Source: the human T2T-CHM13v2.0 reference genome, Homo sapiens. Taken from it: a stretch of 64,000 bases of DNA. The stretch lies in the NCBI RefSeq assembly GCF_009914755.1, contig NC_060929.1. The stretch is one strand, 5' to 3'. The notes under the pieces are model-generated. The model was not told the origin of the DNA and ran no database searches. It was given only the letters and a program-made list of their open reading frames with translations. Made by a program: the position numbers and the translations under genes. Below are positions 12,683-30,559 of this stretch, in pieces (positions within the stretch are counted from its first letter, which is position 1; each line of letters opens with the position of its first letter).

Positions 12683-14743
12683 AAAGCCATGTTTTTAAAG
12701 TGATAAAAATAAAGAATGAAGACCTTTAGGTCCTCTTTGAGTTTCTGCTGAGGCCTTCCTTTGCAGAGAAAGGGAGGTCTTGGTCTGGGGTCAATGAAGC
12801 AGAGTGACAATGTGACAATGGGAGGAGAGGAATTGTGAGGTTTGAACATCACAGCATCTTCCTGCTTCAAACTGGGTGGATGTAAAGAGGGAGGGATGGA
12901 TGGATAGATGGGCAAGCTAGCTTTATGGCTGGCCACATCTTGGCCTGCAGTGTGTGCTTTGATCTGGAATCTGCTGGAAACAACTCTGCCTGGGGCCTGG
13001 CAACCTGGAGAGGGTAGCAACTTCACTGCTTGTGAGCAACGTGCTTCTGGCCAAGTTATGCAACCTCGTTGGGCCTACTTATCTCATTTGTGCAGTGGGA
13101 AAAATTACATACAACAATTATATAAATATCTCATGGGGTTGTTGTGAGGATCCAACCAGATATTCTACAAAATAGGCTTAGAGGACTGCCTGGTACAGAG
13201 TAAACAATAAATATTAGTTCTCCTTTCTCCAGGGTGGCTTCTTGATGAATCTCAACTCTCCTGGCACAGAGAAGATGGTAATTATAGCACACTTTACTGT
13301 AAGTGAACCCTCCTTGGAGCTTGCCTGCAGGAATGAACACTGCAGGTTATGTGACTTTTGCAGAAAAGCCTAGGGAAAGCACCAAGCTATGCTGGTGATT
13401 AATCTGCATCAGTGAGTGGAAGCTCGTCTCTGCCCGTCTCCTCTGGCAAGACATTGCATTTCCGAGTTATATTCTGAAACCATCACCAACCATCAGTATC
13501 TGTCCCTGCTGGGATCCTGCTTGGGCTGGTGTCTCCCCATGCCACAGGTGGTAAACCACATAGTGTCACATGATTCAACTATGTCTGGCGCCAGTCATTC
13601 AGAAAACCCACATGGAGGAGAGGAGAAGAGAAGGCCCTTCAGCTGTGATCTGGAACTCCATGTGGCTGGCTGTCCAGGAAGCTACAGAAACCTTTATCCC
13701 TCCTGGAGACACCCAGCCCAGCCCCACATAAAATGTCTTCGTAAGAGTGCCCCCCACCCCCACCTCCCTTGTTAAATAGGGCATGAGCTAGAGAAAGGCT
13801 GTTTTGTTAATGCAGCTTACTAATTTCTTATCATTATTCTGAAATCCAAACAGCTGCGAAAACTCAAGATTTGTTAGGACTCATTTGGCTGCAAAACCTG
13901 ACCATTTCAGTGACTGTTGCAGAATTGATATGTTTAATTATGGAAACTTGCCCCAGGCCCTGCTGTGGGTGTTATGTAATATATGGCACGTGGATTGTTT
14001 TAACTTTCTAAAAGGCTAAAAAGCTTGAATTCTGAAACCTGACTCCCTAGGTTTCTGGATATGAGAGTGTGGACTGGAATTATGATGGGTCTATTTTACC
14101 CTCAGGCTGTGGTTGGAAGAAGCACAATGCACACCCTTGGTATAAAGAGAATAAGAAAGGGGCAGAATGCAAACAGCAAAGGGTTTGGAAGCAGAGAGCA
14201 CGAGGGGTGAATCCTTCTTCTAAATCTCACCACCTGTGGGATCTTGGGAATGCCATGCAGACTTTCTAAGCTTTGGTTTCAGTATATATAAAACAGAAAT
14301 GCATAATAATAATATCTACTTCCTACCATAACTAGTGGGTTAAGCACTTAATTATTAAGCATTTATTCTGCATGCCCACATTCTTGAGCAGTCTCCCACT
14401 TCCAAGCTGCTGCCTTCTCCTCTTTCAGGCACAAGGCCAGTTTCTCAGGACCCTAGCCCTCTTAGCAGTGTCAGACATGCCTTCAGCCTCCCCTAGTGGC
14501 AACCCTCAGATGGTCCTCATAGACATTCTTTGTAACTGCTCCCTGCAGCCCTCCTGCAGCTCCAGCCACAGCCTATGAGCCTGAGGGTCTGTATTCAGCA
14601 TCAGGAGTCTTATCACAGAGACTCCTACAGGAGTCTCTGATCTATTCTTCCCCTTAACAACACTTGTAGCTTTCTTTGTTCTGAGCAGCAAGAAATGAAT
14701 AATTGCCAAGAGACCAGCTCATGTTGTTTTTTCCACATATGTA

Positions 14744-14749
14744 TTTATT
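14744..14749 (-). terminator. IL9: IL9 polyadenylation signal AATAAA
   Basis: tttatt on the + strand, about 140 nt after the stop codon. Confidence 0.85.
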
Positions 14750-14821
14750 TCAAAATAAAGACATACAATGTTAAACAAATAATCACAACTGATACTGATT
14801 TAGAGTAGCTTACTTGATTTT

Positions 14822-14875
14822 TAAATTGTAGCAACTTAAAGAGAAAGCTTTTTAAATTTAATAAATAGGATAAAT
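14822..14875 (-). promoter_or_regulatory. IL9: AU-rich elements in the IL9 3'UTR
   Basis: Four ATTTA pentamers (taaat on + at 14822, 14853, 14862, 14871), typical of cytokine mRNA destabilising elements. Confidence 0.7.
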
Positions 14876-14887
14876 AATATTTCATCT

Positions 14888-18317
<3,430 letters not shown>

Positions 18318-18365
18318 CTTGACAGCGGACTGGAGCTCGCTTGCAGACACCTTCAAATCGAGTGG

Positions 18366-18651
18366 TATTTAAAGCTCCCTCTCAAACACGGAAAAACCCT
18401 GACATCAAACTGATACCAAGAGCCCACTTTTTCTCTGTAAGTTGGGGCCACTTTATACTAACAAACAAAAAAATCAAACTGAGTCACTTGACAGAGATGA
18501 TGCTGTGCCAGGAAATATCATTCCTCAGAAAAGATGATTTTCAAAAAGTTGAGTACTGAAATGCTGAAGGAAAAGTTAAAGATCTAAAAACCAAGAAAAA
18601 AAATTCAAAGACAGGGATTCTGGTTGTGAGAGTTAGAATACTTTCCATGAA
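18366..18651 (-). promoter_or_regulatory. IL9: IL9 proximal promoter
   Basis: TATA-like TTTAAATA at 18373-18366; kB site GGGTTTTTCC at 18399-18390; CRE-like TGACATCA at 18400-18407; AP-1 TGAGTCA at 18480-18486; STAT6-type TTCN4GAA at 18521-18530; STAT5-type TTCN3GAA at 18643-18651. Confidence 0.85.
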
Positions 18652-19080
18652 CGCCCAGGTCTGTATTTTCCCTTTTTACATTATGGGAAATGCTGATATA
18701 ATATAGCCAGTCATGGGTGTTCTAACGAAGGGGGGCCTGGGGAGACAGAGCGGGTTGGGGGAGGGTGCATGATATTGCAGAACTTCACTTATCTCTGTTG
18801 GGGTTTTCCTTTAGTAATTGCAACCTCAGTCTTACTATGCTTTATTCCCAAATCTCAATGTTTTTCATACCCAGGATGAAGTTTGCCACCTAATGCAAAT
18901 GCATCTTAGAAGTATCCCTTTGTGCAAGTGTCTGAAAGAAGAAATGTTCAACTATAAGCACAAGAATGCGGCAACCATGCTTGTTAAAATTGGCCTTGAG
19001 GACTCCTCAGTATCTTTGGAGATCTTATATAACACTGTATGACATCAAGTAAAAACCCAGCACTTGAAAGAGTATAGTAG

Positions 19081-19423
<343 letters not shown>

Positions 19424-19629
19424 ATACTAGCAACATTTCTAAGTACTTTACATGCATTAAGCCATGTAATACACTCGGCTGCCAAATGAGGTGGGGAGTA
19501 ATTTGTCATCACCATTTTTTACCCTTTAAAACACTGTCTACATCTTAGCTTCCTGGCCCTTCAGTATGGCTGTGTTTAATCACTATGAGTCAAAAAAGCA
19601 ATCTCAGTGTAACTCTATGAAGTACTATA

Positions 19630-19770
19630 ATTATTCTTATTATCTTACAGATGGAGAAACTGAGGCATAGAGAGGCAGGTAATTTGCCCAAAACCACAAA
19701 GCCAGGAAGCCGCAGAATTTGTATTCAAGCCCAGAAGTCTGCCTCCTGATTTCAGCTCTTAATCCTCCTG
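19630..19770 (-). mobile_element. MIR
   Basis: ttacagatggagaaactgaggcatagagagg...taatttgccca. Confidence 0.75.
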
Positions 19771-21139
19771 AACTCCTGTTTTTCTGCAGATCTTTTATCT
19801 GCCTCTCCCACCAGGATATATACTCCAGGGCTTTATGGGTCCAGTTCACCCCTATATTCTCAGCACTTAAGGAGGTGCCTGGGGAACTGTGGGCACTCAC
19901 TAAATGCTTGTTGAATTAAAACACTAATTTGAAAAGTAGTTCTTGAAATACGAACTTCCTACTTCTGGGATTTATAAGATTTCAAATCTGATTTCTAGGA
20001 TACATATTTGGAGGTATGTGCAGGTAAGTAAATATAGCTTCTACACAGTAGATTGAAAAGGTGAGGGGTTCTTTAGCTTAGCACTCTGAACTATAATAGC
20101 CAGTGGGGACAAACTCATAAGATTTCCTCGCCTCCACTGTAAGAGTATGGCAATACTGTTTTTTTTCATTTTGTATTGTTTCTTAGGAGTGATGATGGCT
20201 CGTCAGTGTTCCACTGCACTATGGGGAAGGGAGTGTCTTGGTGGTAAACAAGGTAAAGAGAAACAGGTGTTTTGCTAAATTCCCTTAAGCCATCCCACAT
20301 CTCTGACTTCCATCCCTGCTCTTTGCAGACACTGAAGAGAAAACTCAAAGGATTCCCAGCCTGTGGCAAACACTTTTGTTACAAAGCACTGGATGTATGC
20401 CTTTTTCTTGATGGTAGAATTCTGATTAGTTTGGGGTACCAATGTATCCAGCCAAACACCCACATTTTCAGCCTCTTTTGCTGCTACATGTAGCCATGCA
20501 GCATGTTTCGATCAATGCAAAGTATGTAAAATTATTTTGCTTTCCTGGTAATAGGAGACAAAAGTGGCTGAACCCTGTCTTTCCCCTTAATTCCAATTTG
20601 GGTGTGATGGCAGGAGCTTCAGCAGCAATATTATAACTATGAAGAAATGGACAAGAGAATTACAGCAATGGCAACACTAACATTTTTCATAAATAGCAAA
20701 TATTCAGAAAGGCAATAAAAAATAAAACCATGAGACTAACAAGAGAAGTAATAATAATAGTACAACAGTGATACTAAAATTCTAGCTAGCTATCACTGCC
20801 TACTGAGGATCCTGAGTTATAAAACCTGTTCTTGTTTAAAAAGAAAAGAAAAGAAAATTAGCATGCTTTGGAGAGATTTTAAAGATACATTACCATCAGA
20901 CTAAACCTCCTTCCCTGACATTATTGGAAGACTTGAGAGAGATGTGAAAAGGCAATCATCTTTTCATTCTGTGAATCAATATTATCTGATGCTCTCTGTG
21001 TGAACCGTGGAAATCATTTCACCTGCCATCGGGTATGCCTTTCATATTGAGGAAAACACCACCCCACCCCTCCTGTTGTACAGATGGGGGCTTTGCCCAA
21101 GAAGAGAAAGCCACAGCTCTAGTTTCTAGCAGGGGATAG

Positions 21140-21285
21140 TACAGTGCAGTGGTTAAGACCGGTGACTCTAGAATCAGAATGCCTGAGTTCAAGTCCTGCC
21201 TCTATCACTTGCTAGCTCCATGGCCTTGGGGGATTGCTTGGCCTCTCCCAGCTTCCATTTCCTGACCGTAAGTGAGGATGGTGAT
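21140..21285 (+). mobile_element. MIR
   Basis: gtgcagtggttaagac...gcctgagttcaagtcctgcctctatcacttgctagct. Confidence 0.7.
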
Positions 21286-21403
21286 GTGGAAAGTGGGAAT
21301 GGGGATCTAGGGATGCAGTTGCAGTTGTCAGTTCTCACTCACTCGTAAGTGAGGATGGTGATGTGGAAAGTGGGAATGGGGATCTAGGGATGCAGTTGTC
21401 AGT
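21267..21403. repeat. 60-nt direct duplication with an 11-nt spacer
   Basis: Copies at 21267-21332 (carrying an extra gcagtt) and 21344-21403 are otherwise identical. Confidence 0.95.
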
Positions 21404-21514
21404 GAAGGCTCCCCTCAGGGTACTCCCATAGAGATTAAAAGAAACAGCTGCTCCATCCCTAACTTGGTTTAAGTGGCATCCGGTTTGAAGTTTGTTAGGG
21501 CAAAGCAGCCGAGG

Positions 21515-21729
21515 TTAGCGGTCAACAAACTGTAATCCACTTTTCAGGTTGAAGGTAAGGTCTACAAGCTAAGAACAGTGTTTACCTTTTTAAGGGTTCA
21601 GAGGGTTAAAGTTTATAAAGAAATAATTAACAAATAAAAACAAGCATGTGTGATAGAGACCGTATGTAGCCCGTAAAGCCTAAACATTTATTATCTGGCC
21701 CCTTTACAGGAAAAGTTGGCCACCCCCTG
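21515..21729. mobile_element. MER58A-like hAT DNA transposon
   Basis: Characteristic end gcccgtaaagcctaaacatttattatctggcccctttacaggaaaagttggccaccccctg. Confidence 0.75.
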
Positions 21730-24444
21730 GCTGAGTTCCCACACCCCACCCCACATTTTCTGAAGACATCAACTATTATCCTCCAGTCCTGGGAAGGGTA
21801 GAGCTAGGGGTTGGTTGCTCAGGTGTCTCTTCTCCCTTTCCCCATCTGGTTATTTAGGTCAGGTATCTGTACAGAGGGAAGGGAGCAGGGGACCTGGGCC
21901 ACAGACTGCCAGATTATCCGAAGTGTTGGGGGCCTGCCATTTCCTGAGGCTTTTTGTGGAGTGAGCTCGCTGGTCCAATGAACCAAAGATCTTCTCTCAA
22001 TGAAACCCGGTAGCTGCAGCAAAGATATCTCAGGCAGGCTCTGGTTTACTAGGAAAAGTCCCACATTTTGAAGTTAGGAGAAAAGTGAATGAATTAACAA
22101 GTTAAGTCTTGGCTTGACCAGCAGGCCTTGGGTCACCCACCTTCCCTGCTACCCTCAGGAGCTGGCTCAGGGTCAAGTGATCCATGGCCACTGGTGTTCC
22201 TTGGGCAGGTTACTTACCCTTTCCATGCACCAATGCACCCCCAGTGCTCACTCACTTAGAGAAAGGAATGTAAGCCTTCACCCAGCCCTTCCTCATGAAA
22301 GAGAGGAGTGCTCCATTTGGGATATACTCTCAGGAATGAGGCATGTTTCTGTTTGGAAATGTGGTCTGGTCTGGTCCAGGTGCCTCGCTCTTTGATACCC
22401 CCTCATTACTACCCTCCCGTCACATCAGTTTCTTTTCATTTCCATCCTCCAGGCCTTTACCCTTGCTAAGCTTGGCCTGCTGGCTCCTTCCTCAGCTCCT
22501 CCCTACGTGACCTGTTCTCATCATTTAGTTTTCAGCTCAACTACAACCTCCTCAGCAAGACCTTCTCTGACCATAGCAATCACTGCCATCTGCCTGTGCC
22601 TCTTTCAGTGTCTGGTTCTCCCAGGAGAATGTCAGTTCCATGACAATGGACACTACAACGGACTCTCTTGCTCATCACTATTCCCAGGGCATAGTCTATA
22701 CAGAGTGCTCAGGAATTCCTGGTTAAATGAATAAATGACTAATACATTTAATTTTGTGAACATTTATTAAATTTGTGTTACTGATGAAATGACCAACACA
22801 TGGTTCCCAGTAGACAGGTAACAAACAAAAAGCAGATGTCACATTTACCTGAACAAGGAACACATTTGAAAAGTGATTAACCAACAAGGGAGTAAAGCCT
22901 CCTGCAGTTCTGTAGTTCCTTACATTGGTGCAGGGTTTGAGAATTTCTGAAGTGCTTTTCAACCGCTTCTTTCTTTGGACTCTTATACTAACTGCATGAG
23001 GAAGGCATGCGTGGTGCAGGAGCTCCTCTGCAAAGGATGAAACAGAGAGAAGGAGACAGGTGAGGTGACTGGTTCTTTAGAATTCTTTCCCATTTCCCCA
23101 CCCACTCAGTTATAAAAAAGAAAAGAATACAGGGTTGTTAAACGGTAGCTCTGCAGTTCAAAATACCATTAAAACAGCAGATGTTTATCTAGGCAAAGTC
23201 TATGACTTTTGAGGTTTAACTCCTAGGATTTCTTTCAGTATCAAAATGTAAGTATGCATATAAGCTACAGAGCAAATACACCACGCTCAGAAATCAATTA
23301 CTCACCTATTTTAAATATCAAGATTAGAGTGAGATGCATACCAAGAGTTATCATAGATAACATATTTTACAATAAATGACAAAAGACAATGATCAACCAT
23401 TTATTTTGTTCCAAAGATAAAGTTTGATGTTTTTATTTTGTGATAAAAGCTCATATGTCATGGATTATTTCTCTAGGAATAAAACAAAATGGTTATGTGT
23501 TCTAGGAAGGCACAGCATAAAATGACCAAAAAAAAAAAAAAAAGGCACTGCATTTCCAAGTAAAACCTGTTCTGCCTTTTACTCCAAGCAGCCAAGAGGT
23601 AACTAGTTATGAGAATCCTCAAGTGCTAATTTCCTAATCAAGTAGTTATTTCTAGATCACTACTTTCTAAGTAAGCATGATGGGGTAAGCCCCACTGGTG
23701 ATGCTGTCCTTCGGTTGGGTCTTCTCTCCGTGGAAGGGGAACCCAGGACCCCTTCCCTCACATCCTGCCTGAGCAAACCCTGTGTCTGCTGCCCTTGGAA
23801 GCTACTGTTCCCTGTGTGGCCCCACACAGTTTTCTCTGAGCTCCAAGACCTAGGATCTATTTCTTTCCTCCTTCCTCTCACTTCTCTTTCCTCACTGTTG
23901 TTGGTTAATAACAATCTGGGCTATCCTTGTAAATGGAATTTCACATCCTCCCATTGGCATAGTCCACCATTACTTGAGACATGCCCCTGTATTTCTCAGA
24001 GACTATGGGACTCCCCCAACTCCCCACCCTTTGCTGTGGCCAATTCATTGATGTCCATCTAATTAAGGGAGGATGAGAACTGTTGTTCTGGATTACACTG
24101 GAGCCTTAAGGCATTAGAATTTGTTAAATCTTCCTGTGCACAAGATAACTTATTAAGCACTTTATATATATCATCTCACTCAGCCCCCTCAACAATCTTT
24201 ATTAACCCTATTTGTAGATATCCAAATGGAAGCTCAGAGAAGCTAGGAGAGTTGCCATAGACACACAGCTGGCAACTTGAATGAGATTTACCAGACCCCA
24301 GAGCCTGTGTTCTTATCTGCAAGGCCATAAATCAATCTCCACTTCTGTTGACCGATACTCTATAGGCTGTACTCCAAGTCTACTTAATACAAGCAGAAAA
24401 TCAAAGTATGCCTTTGGGGAAGAGGGAGGTGGATTCTAGGCCTC

Positions 24445-24570
24445 AGCTATATCTGTGTCCTGGGGCTGCCATCACAAAGTATACAAACTGGGAGACTTAA
24501 AGCCACGGAAATTTATTCTCGCACAATCTTGGAACCAGAAGTGCAAATCAAGGTGTTGACAGGGTTGGAA
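24445..24570 (-). mobile_element. MLT1 (MaLR) LTR fragment
   Basis: ggggctgccatcacaaagta...aaactgggagacttaaa...gaaatttattctcgcaca...tcaaggtgttgacagggttgg. Confidence 0.7.
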
Positions 24571-24919
24571 GCAGCCTGACTACTGCAGAAGTGGCTGTTG
24601 GGAAGAAGTGGAAGATGAGGCTAGAAGTTCTGAACGGAAGGACAGAGCCCTGTGTCATCAAGATTGCATTGACCACAAATCACAAAACCCCAGTTAACAC
24701 TGACTGGAGTGATAAGGAAATTTGCCATCTCACAAAACACTGCATCTGTGGATACGGTGGGTCCTGGGGTGGTCGGATCTGCAGCTCTGAGATCTTGTGG
24801 ACAGGCTGCTTTGCCACTCTGTGGGTTGACTTCCCTCCCCTTGGGGCTATAAGATGACTGCCCAGTTCCAGGGCTCACGTCCACTCATGACAATATAAAT
24901 CCTACATTTGGAATGAATG

Positions 24920-26240
24920 GTCAAGTATTTGCAACCCTTTCACTCTCAATACGTTTTGCCAAACTGTCCTCCAGAAATATGTTCTAACATATAATAATAG
25001 AATTTATAATTTATAATAATCCCATTAGTCACGTTTAAGAATGTCCACTTCTGACATCCTTATCAACACTGGACAGTGATTTTTTATTAACCTTGGCCGT
25101 GTGTCTGGCAAATTTATGATGCTAATACATATGTATTGAATTCATAAATTAATGAATTCTTGCTTTTTTATATTTCTTCACTTGTGAGTTACCTGTTAGT
25201 GCCCAGATTTCTGTTGGTATATTAATCTTTTGCTTACTGATTACTAAGAGTTCTTTGTGTATCTTTGTTTTTCAAATATATTACATTTATTTTCTTCTGT
25301 TTATTGTTATGCTTGTAGTGTTTTCTGACTGTGTTTTCATGTGGTCAAACATATAACATATTTATCTCTATTTTTCCAGTCTGTGAATGATTTTATTTTC
25401 AGCAATTAAATCTTTAATCTTTTTAGAGTTTATTTGAGGGTATAGAAGAAATCTAATTTATTTTTCTTCCATGTTTGGTTGATACTATTACTAACTAAAT
25501 ATCTCTTTTACCTACTGATTTGAAATACTACCTTATTGAACACTAAATTTTAATTTTTCTTAAGTATCTTTCTGGACTCTAATTTAGTCCAATGAGCTAT
25601 CTTACAGCTCTAGATTGACCTTAGAATGCAATTGTGGTAATAAAATGATTGTCGACATTTCCTTCATATTATTGGGAATGCTTTCAATGCTTTTCATTTA
25701 AATATCATGTTTGCTTGCATGACCTCACTTATAAGTGGGAGCTAAACAATGGGTACACATGGACATAAAGATGGAAACACTAGACGCCAAAGACTCCAAA
25801 TAGGGGAGGGGAGGAGGGGGCAAGGGTTGAAAAATTACCTATTAGGTACAATGGTCACTATTTGGATGATGGGTACATCAGAAGCCCAGACCTCACCATT
25901 ACACAATATATTCATATAACACAGCTGCACATGTACCTCCTGAATCTAAAATAATCATCTATCAATCAATATCATGTTTGCTGTTGATTTCCTAATAGGG
26001 AACAGTTTCGAATATTTAGTTCTCCAAATTTTTATTAGAAATGATAGCTGAATTTTACAAACGCCTTTCAAGTTTTTATCAGGATCATGAGTTTTCTTTC
26101 CACTAACTCATATGATACATTATTTTAACTGATTACTAAATGTTGAGCCATCCTCACATTCCTGGAATAAGTTCTATTTGGTCATACTATATTATGGTTT
26201 TAATACGCTGATGGAATCAATTTGTTCTTCCTTTATTTTG
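24920..26240 (-). mobile_element. Ancient L1 (L1ME-like), interrupted
   Basis: T-rich antisense L1 remnants, e.g. aatgttgagccatcctcacattcctggaataa...ttggtcat. Confidence 0.55.
25716..25967 (+). mobile_element. 5'-truncated L1 (L1PB-like) 3' end nested in the older L1
   Basis: ctcacttataagtgggagctaaaca...gggttgaaaaattacctatt...ctgcacatgtacc; perfect 15-bp TSD aatatcatgtttgct at 25701-25715 and 25968-25982. Confidence 0.88.
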
Positions 26241-26876
26241 AACAGAGGATGAAACACAGGTTCCCAGGGTGGCAGCATTAGGTGCTGCTCTTCAGTAGGA
26301 ATGGCCCTCAAGGTCGTCCAGGCACCATTCTCTTTAGTGCTCCAGGTGATGACTCAGGTGTGGAGAAGCACGACTTCCATTGGGAGGCCCAAGATATGTC
26401 CTGGCCTAAGGCTTTGTGCCCCACAGGAGTCAATATCTGGTGAAAGAGATCACAGACAGCTTCCAAGGCCCCTGCACTCAGGAGAGCCCAAGGCTGTGAC
26501 ACTCCACTAAAAATGGATAGTTCATTTATAGTCATCCCAGCCCAGACACTTTGCCACCCAGGCCTACTTGATATTTCATCTTCATCTGGTGTGTAGGGGA
26601 ACAGAGCTAAATAATGAATGGAAAAGCCAGGTTCTCTTTCAGAAGGGAAGAGGCTGCATTAACAACTTTACTTAGATAGTGTCCATCCCTAAGGGAGTTC
26701 ATTCTTCATATTCTTTTTATGTGCCTTCTTTTTGGGGCACATAAAAAGTGAGTTAGGAAGAGTTTAAATAGTATGAGAATTTTCAATATTTCCTCACTCC
26801 TCCATAGCAAGGATTTTTCTTCTTTTATTTCCACAAAGCCAGTGACAAGACAGTTCCCAACACATAGTAATTAGAA

Positions 26877-27185
26877 TTTTTTTGTTTGGCAGTGTCTTGC
26901 TCTGTCACCTAGGCTGAAGTGCAGTGGCATGATCTTGGCTCACTGCAGCCTTGACTTCCAGGGCTCAGGTGATTCTCCCGCCTCAGCCTCCTGAGTAGCT
27001 GGGACCACAGGCACGCACCACCACAACAAGCTAATTTTTTAAAAATTTTGTATAGAGATGGGGTCTCCCTCACATAGCTATTGCTATGTTGCTCAGGTTG
27101 GTCTCCAACCTCTGGCCTCAAGTGATCCTACAGCCTCAGCCTCCCAAAGTGCTGGGATTACAGGCATGAGTTACCACACCTGGCC
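26877..27185 (-). mobile_element. Alu (J-like)
   Basis: Reverse Alu with TSD core taattagaat. Confidence 0.92.
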
Positions 27186-27945
27186 ATAATTAGAATATTT
27201 GCTGAATCAATTATGTTCTGACAGAACTCATTTGTAAAATCTGGGAATGATTACTTTTGGAGGTACATTTGTTGGTGTTTTCTATTTCTTCTGTTTTAAT
27301 TACTCTATTACATTTTCTGCTTAATATTTTTGTGTGCATTTTTGTAGGAAATAATCCCAGATTTGACAAAGTGTAATACTGTGCATTTTACCCATCTTTC
27401 TCTGTAATAAAACTTGTAAGAAATTTGTATATTTGATTTTTTTCAGATTCAAGTTTTGCTTTTATTTATCAATTCTGTGTACGATTTTTATCTTCCTAAC
27501 TTAGCATTTTATGCTTTTTCATTGTTAATTTCTACTTGATTTAAATTTATCTTATCATTCCTTTTCTAGCTCCTTGAGTTGAATATTTGCTTCACCTTTT
27601 AAACAAATACTAGCTTCAATTATCGAATACATTGTATGGTAGGCACCAATGCTGCACATCTTAAATGCATTATGTCACTGAATCCTCATAATACCACACC
27701 AGGCCATATAAGAGGTATTTATAGCAAAGTAATTATGAGTGCAGACTTGAGAAAGTCTCTGCCACTTACCATTCCATAACCTTGTGCAAATAGCTTCTCT
27801 GCATTTTGGTTTTCTCATTTGCAAAACGGCATAATTATATAAGCTACACCATGGGGCTGTGGAGGAAGATAAATTAATTACTGCCTGGAAAGCCCCTAGA
27901 GCAGTGTCTGACCCACACACAGCACAGTGGAAGTAGTTGATATTA

Positions 27946-28025
27946 TTAGATTGGTGCAAAAGTAATTGCTGCTCTTGCCATTAAAGGTAATGGTAAAAAC
28001 CACAAATACTTTTGAACCAAACTAA
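27946..28025. mobile_element. MADE1 (Hsmar1-derived mariner MITE)
   Basis: 80-bp near-palindrome ttagattggtgcaaaagtaattgc...tacttttgaaccaaactaa, flanked by TA on both sides. Confidence 0.92.
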
Positions 28026-28929
28026 TATTATTTTAAAATGAGGAAATGGAAGCTTTAAGAAGTCTAGTAACTTGCCCAGCATCACATAGCTATAGCTGGA
28101 TAAGGAGCTGTCTTTTGAACACAGCATGGACAGCACTGCATAGATTTTGTTAAGTAGTTTGCTCATTCTTATTGATTCCTTAATAGTCTGTAATTTCAGG
28201 ATTAAGACTGTAATTCCGTGATATTCATCCTTGAAATTCAGAAACTTCACCAGGATATGTCTAGTTGTGGCTGTTCTTTGATTCCTCCTGACGAGCATGC
28301 AATTGGCTTATTAGATCTTAAGATGACATTCTCGAACTCAATAAATTTTTTTCCATTAGTTCTTTGACCTCCAATCTCCTTTTTCCTCCTACTATAATTC
28401 CTATAATTCCTATAATATGTGTGTCAAAATTTCCTAAACCTATTTTTCACGTATTTTTTTTTCTCTTAAATGTCTTATCATTATTCTTTTTAGTACTGAT
28501 TTCTGGGAGAACATTTGGATTGGGTGTTTTCATTCCCAGTGCAATTATCCAAAGATTCCCATTTGCTGTTTAACAGCCTCTATTCCGTTTTTTTTTTTAA
28601 ACCAGTGAACATTTTAACTTTAAATACTTTTAAAATGTAAATATGCATTCCAAAAAGCACATAACAAGCACATGAAGCCCCGGGAAAGACAGATGATATA
28701 CGAATGACAAAGTCCCATAAAGTGGTCTTTGAATTTCCTACTAAAATTAAGTTAATAAAAATTCAATTTAAACTCTAGTTTCCATGAAAACTCTTCTACC
28801 TCAGATACAGCCATTCAACTTCTCTTTGTCCAAGACCTGGCAACCACTGCCAGATCCTAAAACCAGTCATCTGGTTCCAGCTGTTCTTCTCCACACTCTT
28901 CCTCATTCCTCAGCATCTCCCCATCTTCT

Positions 28930-30270
<1,341 letters not shown>

Positions 30271-30559
30271 TTCCTTTTATTGGAACCATTTTATTATAAA
30301 TCAAAATGGCAGCTAGGGCGTGCCTATTATTACTCTTGAGATAGTTTTAGTTGTGCTATGGTACATTTTATCTTTAGGAATTGTTTGACTGTTGCTTCCT
30401 TTCCATAACAACCTGCTTTTGCTTTAGTGATGTAATACAACAAACAGTTACTCCAGGTAACCTGCCTGTTATGATGTGATGTCTAACCAGCCCTCCCCTG
30501 ATCCTCTTCCTGACTGTGCCATCCCAGACTAAAACTTCATAGCATAACAGGGTTGATGG

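Noticed and set aside
13825-14075. Possible old Tigger-type DNA transposon fragment downstream of IL9
   Set aside because: I could not define terminal repeats or a family by eye; it needs RepeatMasker.
18318-18356. N-terminal extension of IL9 in the ORF track (MKVSASELQSAVK)
   Set aside because: It starts at a non-ATG codon only about 10 nt from the TATA-like box, upstream of the likely transcription start.
21267-21403. Repeat-spacer-repeat pattern resembling CRISPR
   Set aside because: Only two units, in eukaryotic DNA with no cas genes; it is a simple duplication.
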